Shown piece by piece: positions 38,542 to 52,078 of a DNA stretch of 64,000 bases. The notes under the pieces were generated by a model. The model was not told where the DNA came from. It did no database searches and was given only the letters and a program-made list of their open reading frames with translations. The stretch covers positions 32,550,001-32,614,000 of the forward strand of contig OZ365115.1 in the NCBI GenBank assembly GCA_977030845.1, given 5' to 3'. The position numbers and the translations under genes were made by a program. This DNA is from Fimbriosthenelais zetlandica. Its lineage: Eukaryota. Position 1 is the first letter of the stretch. Each line of letters starts with the position of its first letter.

Positions 38542-39752
38542 AAGCGGGAAGGACCCTGTTGTCAGGCCACAAGAAACAAAACATTTGAGACAGGACTGGG
38601 CAATGGCTTGAGCGTAGACAATATCATGATGTATTATCTCTTCAATATTCACTTGAAGGTGAATTTCCTTGATTAGGGGATAAATGAACTTGGTCTCCGT
38701 CCATATTACATTGCCCTTATTATGACGGTGAACTGCGATATATGTTCTTACGCACACTGCATGGTTTGTGTCAACAGATGAGACATTGGATATCCACGAT
38801 TGCTTTCACAACGAGATATATTCGACGACTACGAGGAATGAATTCATAGAAGAATCTCTAATCAACAACTCTGCCAGACTTGGCGGAGTGAAGCCCGACA
38901 CCAACATAGGAATTAGTGGAGGGAAATAAAAAGTATATTTCAACAAACACCTATCATGTGTTGGCCTAGACTGTAGTGGGGAAGACCGTGGTTGTAGGCA
39001 GAGCCCCAGCCAGCCACCACCCAGTGTGTCAGGCTATAAAAACTGCACGAGTCCGAGCCACTCTTGACCCGTGTGTGAATTGCTCGCGAGCAGTAAACTG
39101 TAGGTCAGGACACTGTGGGCCATAAACGGCAAACCCACAGCAGGCGGGCTTGCTTCACTATAATCGACGGTACGTCCGTCAGGGCATTAAAGGTAGCGAT
39201 CTACGTACATGACTGCCGCACTGCCAGCAGGTAATCTACCAGATGTAACACTCTCAATGCTCCTAGAGAGGTGCTACCAATTTAACTCTAACTACATATT
39301 AATAGAGAGTACAATCCTAATAAGGACAGTACCGTGATTTTAAGCAGAATACATACTACCATTTCTTCAAAAAAGATGAAGATTTCACGAACATTTAATA
39401 ATATCATTAGACTCATTAAACGAACCAAACAGTCAAATTTGACCTCTCCACATTACCTTTTGTTGTATTTGAAATGTCCTTAATAACAATATAGGTCAGG
39501 CCATACACCATTAGGCACTGTGGCACAATTTTTGTTGATTTTAGTTTATCATTCAATAATTCATACTATAGTGATTATAGTGGGTTTTGAGCAGTATTTT
39601 GCCCCATATTGGCGTGATAGCAGCAGAAATGAATCTTTCTAATTAGCTATATCAAATATTACCCCAATCCATTAAGTATTCGCCCGTAAATACCAAGTCA
39701 TTAGAGGGATTCTAATCACAATCCCTGTCATCTTTTAACCAGCTTTGAATAT

Positions 39753-39768
39753 GGTTGCTATAGCAACC
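39753..39768. promoter_or_regulatory. Perfect palindromic RFX X-box GGTTGCTATAGCAACC
   Basis: 16-bp palindrome matching GTTRCYATRGYAAC; a second X-box-like ATTGCTTGGTAAC at 39788-39800. Confidence 0.5.
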
Positions 39769-40194
39769 AACCCTTTTTACAATCACAATTGCTTGGTAAC
39801 CAAGACCCCCAAACTATCACAATAAACCGGCAAGTAAAATGTAGGACTATCCAAGGCAGCGACGCGTATGATAAGGACATTTTTGTATGGAATTGCAAAT
39901 GATATTATTAACCTTCATTTGAATTAGAAAAAAGTTAGAAACTCCCTCATTAATTCAACTCAGTATTCAAAATCTTAATTGTGGACAAAATGCACAGGTT
40001 CACAAAACTATGTAGGTCATATTTTACTCTGATTCCAGTCAATAAGTCCCTTGACGGTAAAGAAAACTTGATATTTTGCGCTACAAGGAATCCCTTCATA
40101 TTAAAGAAGAAACAAGGAATCTAATTTTAGGCTTTGCCTTAAGTCAAACAATTTTAGTTGCTGTAAAATTGTTACTTTGGTGTGTACCTTGTAT

Positions 40195-40200
40195 TTTATT
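40195..40200 (-). terminator. Candidate polyadenylation signal of the SLC17 gene
   Basis: TTTATT on + (AATAAA on -), about 450 nt downstream of the stop. Confidence 0.35.
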
Positions 40201-40653
40201 TCTGTAATAAATATTTACATTTTACGTTAAATTTAATATTGTAGGTGATGATAGGTTATTAGATTTGGAGTGTTCTTTTATACCGATTGCCTTGAGCACA
40301 TAGCCCACTGAATATTAGGCTTTGATATAAAATCAGTGACGGACATGGCAATGAGTTTTCAATATGTAAAAAATCACTATATCTGACTCTGCACGAACTG
40401 ATAGTCTATATGACCAACCGACTTTTAAAGGCTCTCCTGAACATATATTTTGTCAAACCGATTATTCATTCCTAAGGGGAACATCATGATTAAATTTGAC
40501 CTATAAATACAATATCAACATACTTAATACCTAAGCCTGTAATAAATCCTTAACAAAACTTAACATTAAACCTGCAACGGAACTTAAACTTACTGAGGCA
40601 TGCGAGTATGAGAACGTACCTAGGTATAATAAGTGTGATTGCACTTTGTCTGA

Positions 40654-40826
40654 CTAGGAGGAGTTGTTAGAATCATCTATATCAGGAGGGATGTACGTCT
40701 CCCCTGATTGGTTATCTTCCTGACCCGGAAGTGGCAGAGTCCTATACAACTTCCGCTTGAGAGGATCTTGTTTAGAGAGCAGATTGACCTGTGAGGGTGG
40801 CGGGTCGGCCCAGGGCTGTTTCTTTC
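40654..40826 (-). CDS. SLC17-family (VGLUT-like) transporter, last coding exon: (G)KKQPWADPPPSQVNLLSKQDPLKRKLYRTLPLPGQEDNQSGETYIPPDIDDSNNSS*
   Basis: Acceptor tgtgttttctag|, phase 1; completes the SG-x-KQPWA-x-P motif; TAG at 40654-40656. Confidence 0.88.
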
Positions 40827-43800
40827 CTAGAAAACACATTTAAAATAGTTTAGAACAATGTGGGGATATATGAGTTTGTATGTATCATATAATGTCCATT
40901 CAATCTGAATAAATTTGAATAAATTAACTATGAAACATCTTCTCATTGTATATCATATTTCCTGTCAATATTTTGGACAACAAAATGCAATGAAGGGTTT
41001 TATTTACTGTCCATACATGAACCAATGATAAATAAAATCAGGAAGTGAATTTTGAAAAGTTATGCTACTGCTGGACCTGACCAGAGGAGGAGAGTATTAC
41101 AAGGAACCGGAGAAAGTAGAGAATGCAAAACACATAGAAATCAATGAGCATTGAGAGCAATAAAATGAGGTGTTTTATGACTGAGTGATTTTACAAAGTA
41201 GTACTGTGTAATATCTGATGACGACCCCGGGTTTATTTCATGCCTGATACATGGCCCGCTGTCAGGCACCCTCACAAGTGTGGACAAAAGATGACAGATG
41301 AAAGCATGAAAGAATGCATGACTTTTAAGTGCACTCTCAAAGCTAGTCGTAATGAGAGTGCCATAAAATAAGTTTCAAGAGCTAAGACTTCATTTTAGAA
41401 ATACTAACGAGCCTTGATGAAAATAGTTCAGTTATTTTGGTAGGTCAAGCAACAAGTTTGATGAAATAATGCCTGTTAATCAAGAATGGAACTGCAAAAA
41501 GGGGAAACCTTTAAAGTTGAGTGATTAAGGAATGTTATTTTGTATCATTTGGTATCCTTTCATTTAGGGTCACGACTGACACGATTGCGTGCCACAGTAA
41601 AGGCTTTGAAAACCGACCTCAGTTGAATCAAATGGAGAGCACCCACATTAGGTCTTAGATTCCTTCACTCAAGTAGCCATTTTGAATTCTTCAACCCACA
41701 AAAACACTACAATGCAATGATGGCAACTTGTGAGACCCCCTCGTTGTGTGCGTAAAAAGATATTAAAACAGCTTTATTCATTGCAAAGTTTGAAATATCG
41801 GGTCTCCGAAATGAATATGAATGGCAGCGGATTATAATAGCAAATTTATAAAATGACACTAAAGGGTAGCTTAATCTGATATTTTTCTGTATCATTTATA
41901 AAATTGTCATCCTTGTGATTTTATAATAAAGTATGTGCTGTGAGAGTGACCAGTATTAAAGCTTGCATGTAGACGCAGGCCAGCTTTGATCCGGCATGAC
42001 CATTAGAGATTGAGAACAATGACGGGGGACGTGAATCATCAGCCGGCCCAAATAAACATGTCATCGCTGGTTGGAAGATGAAAAAACAGGCGAGGACAAT
42101 TTGAGAAAGGTCAGCCGGCATACCTGTGCAATCACACTCTTGCACTGTGGTATTTAAACTCCTTACCAAAAGGCAAAGCCTGCGGCATTTTCATCTTTCA
42201 ATTGGGGGGCTACAACCACCACACAGGAAACCCATGCCTTCCTAGACTATCTATATCAATATTCATCCAGGCTTTTAATTGCTACATAATTTTTTGGTCC
42301 AATTTTGATTGGAAAAACATTTTGTTAAGCAACAGGATTACATGCCTTTCCTCGTAGCACCGTGGATTTCTGACTTGTGACACAATTTTGGGGTGGATTT
42401 TCCGTGGCCAGGTATCCCCCATATAATGTTGTTGATTGTCTCCAGTGGGAATGGCATGTCTGCTATTAGGACAAGCACTATACTGGCGGACAATATGAAG
42501 TTTACACATCATTCAGTAACTATGGCAATGAGGTAAGACTATATCAGTGTTGTAGTAGTATCTAAATTAGTATTAAAGATCAGTTTCTTTTACATTAAGC
42601 AAGGACAGGTGTGCTGAATTGGTTATCTTATGACGTTTTATGCCACATTATAATATAGTCCTAAATTGCCTAATAGCAATACACCATGCATTCAGTTAGT
42701 ACGAGAATGCTTGGGATCCATGGCACCAAGTTCAGTTGGTAGAATGGTGGAGTATATGGTCACTGGGTGCGATTTATCGGCAGACATCTACAGCCATTGA
42801 TAACAAAGATGGCACCTCTTTCCTAGTTATATCTCGTCAAACAATCAAAGGGGATCACAAATTATCTGAACGTCCTTCTAACATGAGAAAGCATGACGTT
42901 TAGAAAAAGAAAGACAAGAGTAAAAGTTTGATGTTAAATTGCAATTACGTACTAATAAAGCTAGTTAATAAGCTTCTCTTCTGAACGGGTAGGTGTGACA
43001 TTTCATTTGGTGTCAATTCGGGTCTTATTTGCATCGAGGCCTGTGAAATGTCACTGAAAAAGGCCTTTGCCAAGATTTCCCAAGCCTTATTCCTTCCATA
43101 TATACATAGATCATCGCAGCCCGTTCTCCCCTTTGGTTATTTTTGCAGATAAAACCACAAATAGCTTTTTTTCTGCCGAGGTGTTTGGTTGGCGAGGTAC
43201 CAATTAGAGGACCTAATGAATAGACGGAGTGATGGCTTTGAGAACTTTTGTCTTCTGTTTAAATGGTGTACTACCGTGAGGGTTAGTGTATGATCAAAGA
43301 CATGATGAGAGTATTTAACATTCAGCTGAGCACATAAAAGCATAGCACACATTCCTGGTGGACCTGGCACACGGCTAATTAATGCTGGCATCTCCTGCAC
43401 ATACGCTCACCATAACATGTGTCATTTCATGTTAGAGTTGAAGGGAATTTTTCCTAATGAGGCAATTGTCAATTGGTTGGGTTAAGAGGCTGAGGGATCT
43501 TTATCATTCCTTGAACGTGAGTCTATTACCCAAGTTGGATGGCAAGCATTTAATAACGTTAAAAATATGCTCCTATTTTGAATTTTTTTGGTCACCAAAT
43601 CCATGTCGCAGTATACACCATAAGTAAATCATATAATATAATATAATTTCCCAAACTGCTACAAAAGTTTTTAAACCAACAGCACATTATTATTTGAAAG
43701 ATTTTCTTGACGGCGTAACATGCAATCATTTCATCGTCAATGCCAATCAACGTTGTCCAATTTTTTGTCGGTTATATTTTTTGGAAGAATTCTTTTTAAG

Positions 43801-44694
43801 GATTCATTTTATGGAGTGAAAATGCCTGAGGGTGCTACCCTGGAACCGTGTTGACTTAGATAATCACCAGTCTGACACTTCCAAAATAAGTTTTTATCTA
43901 CGTCAAATTTCACTGTTTTTGTCTTAATTTTTCCAAATATCCAATTCTCATTGTGGAACTTTCTTAGAAAGCAATTGGTGCTTAAATTGAACCAGAATAA
44001 GCTCTTATAGAAAACACACCTTTCAGTGGATCCGTGTAAACTTCTATTCGTCAGAATTTTGAACATTTTATAATTACAAAAATAGTTCTTCGTCTTCAAC
44101 CGAAAATAGCGAGTCATAATTATTTGGATAATCAAAAAATGGCTGCCATTTTGGATCACATCCCCGAAATTATGAGACTAGTAAGCAAGAGTAACAGAAA
44201 TCCATGTTACTGAAGCTTCCTCCTTGTGATCTTATCTGAAATTTAAATCAACCTTTCCTTGATACTTGGAACAACCAAAAAACCACCAACTAACCGAGGT
44301 CTCGTATGACTCTGTAAAAATGCGTTTTTCCCCTTTTCAGTGATATTAACCACATGCTTTTGATTTTTGGACATTTAGAACTTTCGACTCCCTTCATTGT
44401 TCTTATGAGATCAGGATCCAGTCGATTTTAAGTACAAATAATTTAAATGGGGTCAAATCTGGGTGTTCGAGTTCATCATAGTCCCTTCGTGAAACGATCC
44501 AAAAAATTCCCTTTCATTTCTTGCATTCCTTTGGTCATTTTTTCACCCATTCATATAATTATAACCAGCCTATGTCCATTTCAAACATGCTGCTCATTCC
44601 AGCCTGTGTTTTAATTACGCCTGGCATTCCTAGGAACATTCCGGCAACTTGGCCGAGGACAATTAAATCAAATGAGCGTGCGCAGACCCCCTAC

Positions 44695-44779
44695 CTGAAC
44701 CAAAGACGGCGTAGAAAAGAACCGCAAATGCCAGAATGCCGGCCGAGAGAAGGAAGACTCCCTGCCATTCTTCTATCAC
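44695..44779 (-). CDS. SLC17 exon: VIEEWQGVFLLSAGILAFAVLFYAVFGS(G), last TM helix
   Basis: gttttaactag| acceptor and CAG|gtaggg donor; 85 nt, phase 0 to 1; EEWQxVF family motif. Confidence 0.92.
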
Positions 44780-45500
44780 CTAGTTAAAACATAAAGAAAA
44801 GAAGGGTTTGTGAGAAAACATGACAAGGCCGCAGGCTCTTTGGCCTAGAAGTTTAGGCTTCACCTCGACCCACAACAGGAATTTCCCCCACCTCACCCAC
44901 CTTGTGAATGAAAGACTTCCGGGGCCGTTTTGGCCTTTTGGTATTTTGTGTTGAAAATGAGACTCACACGATGACAAATTTCATTTGGGGAAAGGAATGC
45001 CGCCTGTTCTTGGCTATCATGCATAAAAACAGTTTCCCCTTCTGAAGGATTGATGCATTTGACTCAAGGAATTTCGAGACGGGAGAGACTTTTGATAGTG
45101 CCCTGTCATACGGGGTGCCCTTGACGATACAAATATCTCACATCATTATAGAAGTTAAGGTGAAAAGCTTTAGAATGTTGCCCACTTTTTCCTGCCCCTT
45201 CATGTTGAATCCACAATAGATAGCTCCACGTGTCTCATTGGGCAATTTTATCGTGATGCTAAATTTTATCGAGGCCTGGTACCGACTCATAAAGTGAATG
45301 ATCTTAACTGGCATTTAATGGTTCTATATAACGAGTCATAATCCATACTACCAGACATTTTATATAAAACAAGCCCAACCATTGACTTTATCATAAGGTT
45401 CAATGAGGAATTTACAGATCTACAATTAGTTTATATGGAGATGAATAAAAAGGCCGGGATTATTATCTAATTGTGTAAGAGTTTACAAAGAGACAATTAC

Positions 45501-45628
45501 CTGCTTCGGAGTCATGTGACCAACTACGATTGGCACCAATATGCCTGCTGTGGTTCCCCATGTTGTAGATATAGCAACTAATATACTAGCATAGCGAGGT
45601 GCAAGGTCTAAATGGTTGATGTTCCAAC
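45501..45628 (-). CDS. SLC17 exon: (G)WNINHLDLAPRYASILVAISTTWGTTAGILVPIVVGHMTPKQ
   Basis: gttttctttcag| acceptor and CAG|gtaatt donor; 128 nt, phase 1 to 0; NHLDxAPRYAS signature. Confidence 0.95.
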
Positions 45629-45804
45629 CTGAAAGAAAACATTGATATTATAGGATATACAAAAGAGTAGGTAATATACCATATGAGAAGGGAATAGGGA
45701 AAACTACCTTGAAAGGGCAGGGTTGAAATTGAATTTTTAAGCGGGATGCTGGTGTTCTAATCAATTAAAGTAGAGCTTCTTATGTGGGCAATCTTTCAAC
45801 TCAC

Positions 45805-45915
45805 CTGATACAGTGAAACCACTGGCACCAACTCCCAGCGTCAGATAGATGAGGGCGGGAGTTCCCATATTCACAAAATACAGGGAGAAAAAGCACACTG
45901 ACTGCATCCCGAAAC
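45805..45915 (-). CDS. SLC17 exon: (G)FGMQSVCFFSLYFVNMGTPALIYLTLGVGASGFTVS(G)
   Basis: cttgttttctccag| acceptor and CAG|gtgagt donor; 111 nt, phase 1 to 1; two TM segments. Confidence 0.93.
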
Positions 45916-48385
45916 CTGGAGAAAACAAGCCAAATTTATATTATCATCATTTGGGTGAGATAGATCATTTCTGCGTTGCAAAAATGATGCAAAAGCTTGA
46001 GGGATTCAATACGTATAACCCCCAAACGACCTGACTTTGAACGTTGGCATGAAAATTAGAATGGCCTTCTTTGATGTCCTGCCTACACTTGGCTCTATGG
46101 TGATATTGACTGATTGGACAGTGGCGTTGGGTATCGCCTAAGCTGCTAAGAAATGACATGATCGCATGCTATACATATGGTGGAGAGAGAGAAAGGCAGG
46201 ATGCCCGAGGCTGGGCCTTTTTCGTAACTCTGTTTTATATACTCCCAGATCTATATCGATGGGCAAGGTTACAATATGAAAAGGAACATAGCTGTGGATG
46301 AGATGCTTCTGAACTTGAAAGACGCAATCGCGTCACCGGCGACTGAATTGCCTTTCAGAGCATTGGTATAAATAGAGACGATTCAGTCGCCTCACATGGA
46401 GTGAGGCGATTGCCTCAATTAAGACATCCCATTATTTGACTTGCATTTGGAAAAAGGTGGGTGGAGACGTCTGCTTAATTGCCTCTGAACTTGTAAGTCA
46501 TCGAAAATGGTTTGTTCGATTTATTAGGGACAGCTTATCTTTTTGGATCAACACCGATTCCTTTTACTCAAGACTTCATTTCAAAATAAGGGATGAATTG
46601 GTCAAGTATGTTTCGTCTTTATTCTGTTGATATATGAAGTCTAAACTGTCCAATGTCCATCTTTTTATGGCAGCATGGCCTATAGCTACACCCACACAAG
46701 CCGACTGCTAAGCCACGTGGCCGAAGTGGCTAACGACTAGCTAGCCGACAGTGAAGTGTCTATATAAATCCACGCTTATATGTAGCATAATTATATAATC
46801 CCATCAAGGAGTACTTTACAATGTGAGATATTATATGGGCCTAATCCCCACTGGCTCCCTCAATTCCTTCCTTCTCCGCTGGCCTCAGCGGGACACACAT
46901 TGGAGCTTATCGTTAATCTGACGTAATGTTTCTACACACTGCCGCCTAGCGCTCCTTTCATGTATTAATTTGGTAGCGGGGGACGGGTCGATCACGGGAG
47001 AGGAGGAGAGGATAAGCTGATCCTACTGGTGCTCCTACTCCGGGCACGGCCTGCAGTAGTAGGTAATGGTATAGCGTGTGGATTAACCTGCCAGGTGTAG
47101 GTAGCGGCTGTGTCTACCAGGTGATAACATATCACCTGGTAACGTATGTATTACAGCCCCGCCATTAACAACGCCCTCTTGCTTACTCCTCCTCCTCCTC
47201 CTCATCCACCGGCCTGTCTCAACAACAAATTTCAGTTTTGGGCGCTTACCAATGAAATTTGTTTTTCTCTCCTATTCCCGGTTAGAATAAAATAATTAAA
47301 TTAAAAGATTTTTTAGGAGGAAGGTGAGATCTAGCACCGTCTCTTTTCTCGCTTACCAATGATTGGTTTGCAAAATGGCATTCTTGAAAATGAAACTAGT
47401 TCAAAAGATTCCTCATACATCGACTTATATATCGGAACATCAATATAATCAATGATCTAAGGACTGGCGTTTTAGATTATACATATTATTTCAAAAGAAA
47501 AGTTTTTAGAAGGGCTGGAGTATTATACAATGTAGTTAGTTTCCATCCTATGTCTTTAGCTATTCCTTCATATGTCTTGATGAAACATGCCCCTGATCTA
47601 GCCAGGCTTTAATACCACGTCTCTCTCGACTTATCGCCGTATTAGATGTATATACCCCTTGTGTGTCCGAGAGAGAGAGAGAAGAGAGACCGTCCTCCCT
47701 GCTTAGTCCAATAAAGCCCTCCCCCAGCACCGCGTCCGGTTGACCTCTCACCCATACCGGACCCCACTGATACACATCGCGTCCAAGTCTGCGTCAAAGC
47801 CTGTGTTTTATCTCTGACAAGAGAGGAAAGGGTTTCCCTCTTTTCAGATATCGATCGTGAGATAGCACTATTTGACCCCGATGCCAAGCAAAGATGGCCA
47901 GTTGAAAGGCACAAAAGGAAAGCTTTGTGATTTAAAGCCGGGTGGTATATCAAACTAGCCGCTGGATCGTGGTCTTGGGCTGGTTTGTTTGCATATACCT
48001 CTCATAACATCCGTGAGGGCAAACACACCAAGGCCTTACATCTCCCAACTACTCGAGCACACACACGATGGTAGAACCACATGTACATGCTGCCTCAGGT
48101 ATATGATCAGCCAAAACATTTTGCAATTATAAAACATAGACAATGATCAAGGTGGGAAATGTATCAACAATATATCAAAGTTTTTCAAAAGCAAATAGGA
48201 AATGATATGACGACATACAAAAGATTCTGTTGAAAGGCAGTTGAAAAGTGACTTGCAGACATTATAGAATAATACATTGGAGATATTTCAATGAGGATAA
48301 TGCAATAATTATATAATAAGTTAGGCAATAAGTTCTTTTACACTGTTCATTTTGGGTTTTATTTTTAGTATATAAGTAGACCTAC

Positions 48386-48518
48386 CCAGACACGTGAAGA
48401 GCTTGCGGATCTGGGTGGCTGTGAGGAGAGGGTTAGCCATCAGATGATCTGCCAGGGGACCGCTGGCCAGGGCTAGGCTAGCTTTCGCCAGATGAGGCAC
48501 AGCCGATAAGGCTCCGTT
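48386..48518 (-). CDS. SLC17 exon: NGALSAVPHLAKASLALASGPLADHLMANPLLTATQIRKLFTCL(G)
   Basis: gttgtgtttgacag| acceptor and TGG|gtaggt donor; 133 nt, phase 0 to 1; PHL, G-x-LAD and RK motifs. Confidence 0.93.
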
Positions 48519-51500
48519 CTGTCAAACACAACACAAGCATAGGCTCATTAATCAAAGCGAAGACAGGTCGACTGCTTTGAAGTGGACCAGCCAGCTTTTG
48601 GAAATCTCTAAGACCAGCTGTATAGGATCGCCCACACTGACTCCTGACATCTTGTAGGGTGGTAGCTTTGTCATGGCATTGCGGGATTTACCCAACCTCC
48701 CGCCCGCTAAACCCTCTTAAGCCAAGTTGCTATAGACCAGATTTCCCCCAATATTACATTTATTTTTTTTCATTTTCTCTTGTTTTTTAAGTATTAAAAT
48801 GAGACCATAAAAATGAGAGAAAACAAATGTCAATGATAGTGTGAGATATGGAGGGGTGGGTGGGAAAGAGCGGGTAAGAAGTCAGGAGAAAGAAACAAGG
48901 ACAATGTGAAGGAGCGATTGGTAAACATATGAGGAAGGAAAGTAATGAAGTGCAAAAAAAAAGACATAAGAAAGTGGTAAAAGATCAGGCGAGAAATTAG
49001 AAATGGACATAAACATATAAAAACATGAACCCGATATTGTTAATGTCTTTATCTGGAGTAATTTTGGAGCTATCTCTTCAATAAATAAGATAAAAACACA
49101 TATTTTAACATTCACACATAAGGCTTCCTTCCTGAAACACTTAATGACAATCAAGCCATTTCTTAGCGGCTTAAAGATTTACATGAAACAATTATCATGA
49201 ACCGAAAGATGGAAAGAAATGTGTGTAAACTCAAAGTGAAGCCTTAAAGTATTTAATTTGCAAATTGCCAACATCGTGGATAAAAATGTAAATTCAAAAT
49301 GGCATCTGAAAGTCAAACGTGTCTTCTTTCCCGCTCTTGCTATTTTTTCCCTGTCCATTGTTTGCGCATAGGAAGAGATAAGATTCGGAGTGGTTTTAAT
49401 CATTTATCAAGGCAGGAGAATGAAGACAGACTTCTCATTGGATTTTATGTTTTATAAAGCGGCGATGTGCCCCTATTTTCATATTACATTGTCATATAGA
49501 TACCTACAATGGATAAGCACACAATTTCAATAATCATTTTACTGAGTATTATGTACTCATCTGATATTGTTAAAGTGAGAGAGATGAAGTAATAAAAGTG
49601 GATTCAATTAACCTTCCCCATAGCCATATTTCCATATACTTCTTATAAAACATTGCTCCTGAAATACTGGAACATTTCCCTATACTACTCATGCGCTCAA
49701 CAGTATGACTGAGGCGGTCCCACACGCTATGGATCAGGCACTATCCTATGGGTGAAAATATGGCTTTTTCATTCCGAAATAATATTTAATTATGCAGTCG
49801 GTAAGCTCAGCTAAATGAAACTAATTGGTAATGTATATATTATATATAGCCATATGTATCACTATAATAAACTGTAGTGACATAGAAAACTTAGGCTAGT
49901 TTTTCCATTATCCACACATTCGTAAGGCACTGCCTTCGGACCACAATTTTGCACATTTCCTATTCACTAGCATTACATACATATAGGTTGTATTAGCCAG
50001 GTTATCCAGGGTAGTGGCATACTTTTTACTTTCTAAGGGGATCCTTATGAAATACGACATCAAAATATGATCGCAATGTGTAAATGGCAAAGGTGTAAAA
50101 ACAATAAAATAAATCGGTAATTAATTCCATGCTCTCAGCATGTACCCAGAATAAATAATGCTTAATGAGTTTGGTATTAATTAATATGGATAACTCTGGC
50201 TTCTAATTAGTATGGGTAATGTATACCTTGGGCGTGGTGACGCATCTCAATGTGACACATCTCTGTACTGTACTTTTAAAAAAAGTTGGTCTTGGCTTAA
50301 ATTATATGCTTCCCGATTGGTGGTGATAAAAGGTGATTCATAAAGATGAAAATAGTAGTTATTATTTCTGACTCAACCTACGAATGCGCTATAGTCAATT
50401 AAGGCACTTTAACCAGCCGAGAACAGTCTCCTCACTTGCTTTTGAAATGCTAAATATGCAGTTTGCAGTTAGGCTGGTAAATACGCATCATTGTGGAAAA
50501 TATTTAGCATATTGTGGTAAACCGTTGCGAATGGATCGACTAAAAGTATGGCTGGACATCATGTCATGGGAAGTTTAACATACATGTACACCATTGACCC
50601 AGCAGTTGCTGATGGAAATTGTCAATTGACAGGACATCATGCACGACATTATGTCAAGAATATGACTGGAGATGATACAGTGAAATCAGCAGTGAGGCAA
50701 AAGGACAAACTATGAAAATAATTTCATAACCTCTGACTTTCCATTGTCGACTTGGACATTATGAAGTAGAGTAACTGGTACATGTATCAATTATATATCA
50801 GTCAGATACAATATTCCACTGATCCAAAAAATGAGATAAAAGGAGATAATTGTCCCTTGCAACATAACTTTGTTGTAAGATGAAAAGGAGAATAATTCCT
50901 GAAAGCCATTTCAAGAACCAATTACACAAATGGTCCAATCAGCAGAAAGAGTATCCCTTTCTGAGCATTTTTAAACGCGGGTGTGGAAAGAATAATCAAA
51001 ACTGCAAATACCATTTCAAATTTCAAATTCAAATCCGGACAAATTTCTTCCTGTCCCACACACAGGGCCTTTGAATGTTTTTTTTCGGGGGCGCAATTGT
51101 CCGTGCATAACTCCTCTCGCCCAAAATGAAATCAATATTCATTTTGCCTCTAGAACCTGATACGCAGCGCTGTACTTATTCCTGCTATTCACATGCGAGT
51201 CATCTAATACTTCCTCATCAAATTTATGCCTTTTGAAAAAAATTGAGTGATTCCAGTATTGATTGAAACCTTAAAACGTGGGTTTGGAGTGTTTTTTTCT
51301 TGCCTTGCATCCTAACGCCTAGTAGAATATAAGTCACGCTAATGGGCGTCATCGACCCTCGATCGAGCAGAGGTTTCACATGGTGAGAGAAAAAACACAC
51401 GAGTTGAGATTCTCAGGAGGAAACCCTGGGAATAATAGGAAACAAATTTAAGTTTAGATGTTCTCATGTTCCAACAAGCTTCCAACCTTGCGATCTTTAT

Positions 51501-52034
51501 CAAGGAATCATTATTTCCGATAGAAACCTTATGCATCATCGGAGATCCGTTTCAGAAGAAACATTTGCCACATCTGTAGATAGTCCTAGCATTTGCACAT
51601 GTAGCGTTTCGTGGTAGTTGTGGCCACGTTATAGCAACTGAGGATGTTCTATAAAAATATTTGACTTCAAAATATGTGAAAATCAACACTTTCTGGGCAA
51701 GATTCTTAAAGCAATGAGAGCTTAACATTATGTAACTGTCCTAGATTTCACATGAATCACACCCGCATGATACTCAAACAAGGGGATCGTTTAAAGTCAG
51801 CATGTTTTTTGATCGACTATTGTTCAGTTACGTCATACAGTTGAAGGATTAGTGTGCGTGAGTTCGCATTACTCAATTGAATCCAGAAAGCAGAACTGAG
51901 CAAACTGAGCTTGGTACTGTGATATTAAATGATATAATCCACCAGATCCCGTATCATGTTTTAAGTCGTAGGTAGTCATTTAGCAAGGAACTCCAAAATC
52001 AAATTGCTAATAAGCACTTGAATAGTCAACTGAT

Positions 52035-52078
52035 GTACGACAGAAGCACGACTGAAGTACGACAGAAGTACGACAGAA
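52035..52078. repeat. Minisatellite, 4 copies of the 11-mer G(T/C)ACGAC(A/T)GAA
   Basis: Units start at 52035, 52046, 52057 and 52068. Confidence 0.85.

Noticed and set aside
43560-44480. AT-rich stretch with MITE-like composition, including a 116-aa minus ORF
   Set aside because: I could not find matching terminal inverted repeats or a TSD, so it is not called as an element.
44878-44888. Perfect NF-kB site GGAATTTCCCC
   Set aside because: Single isolated motif with no cluster or other support.
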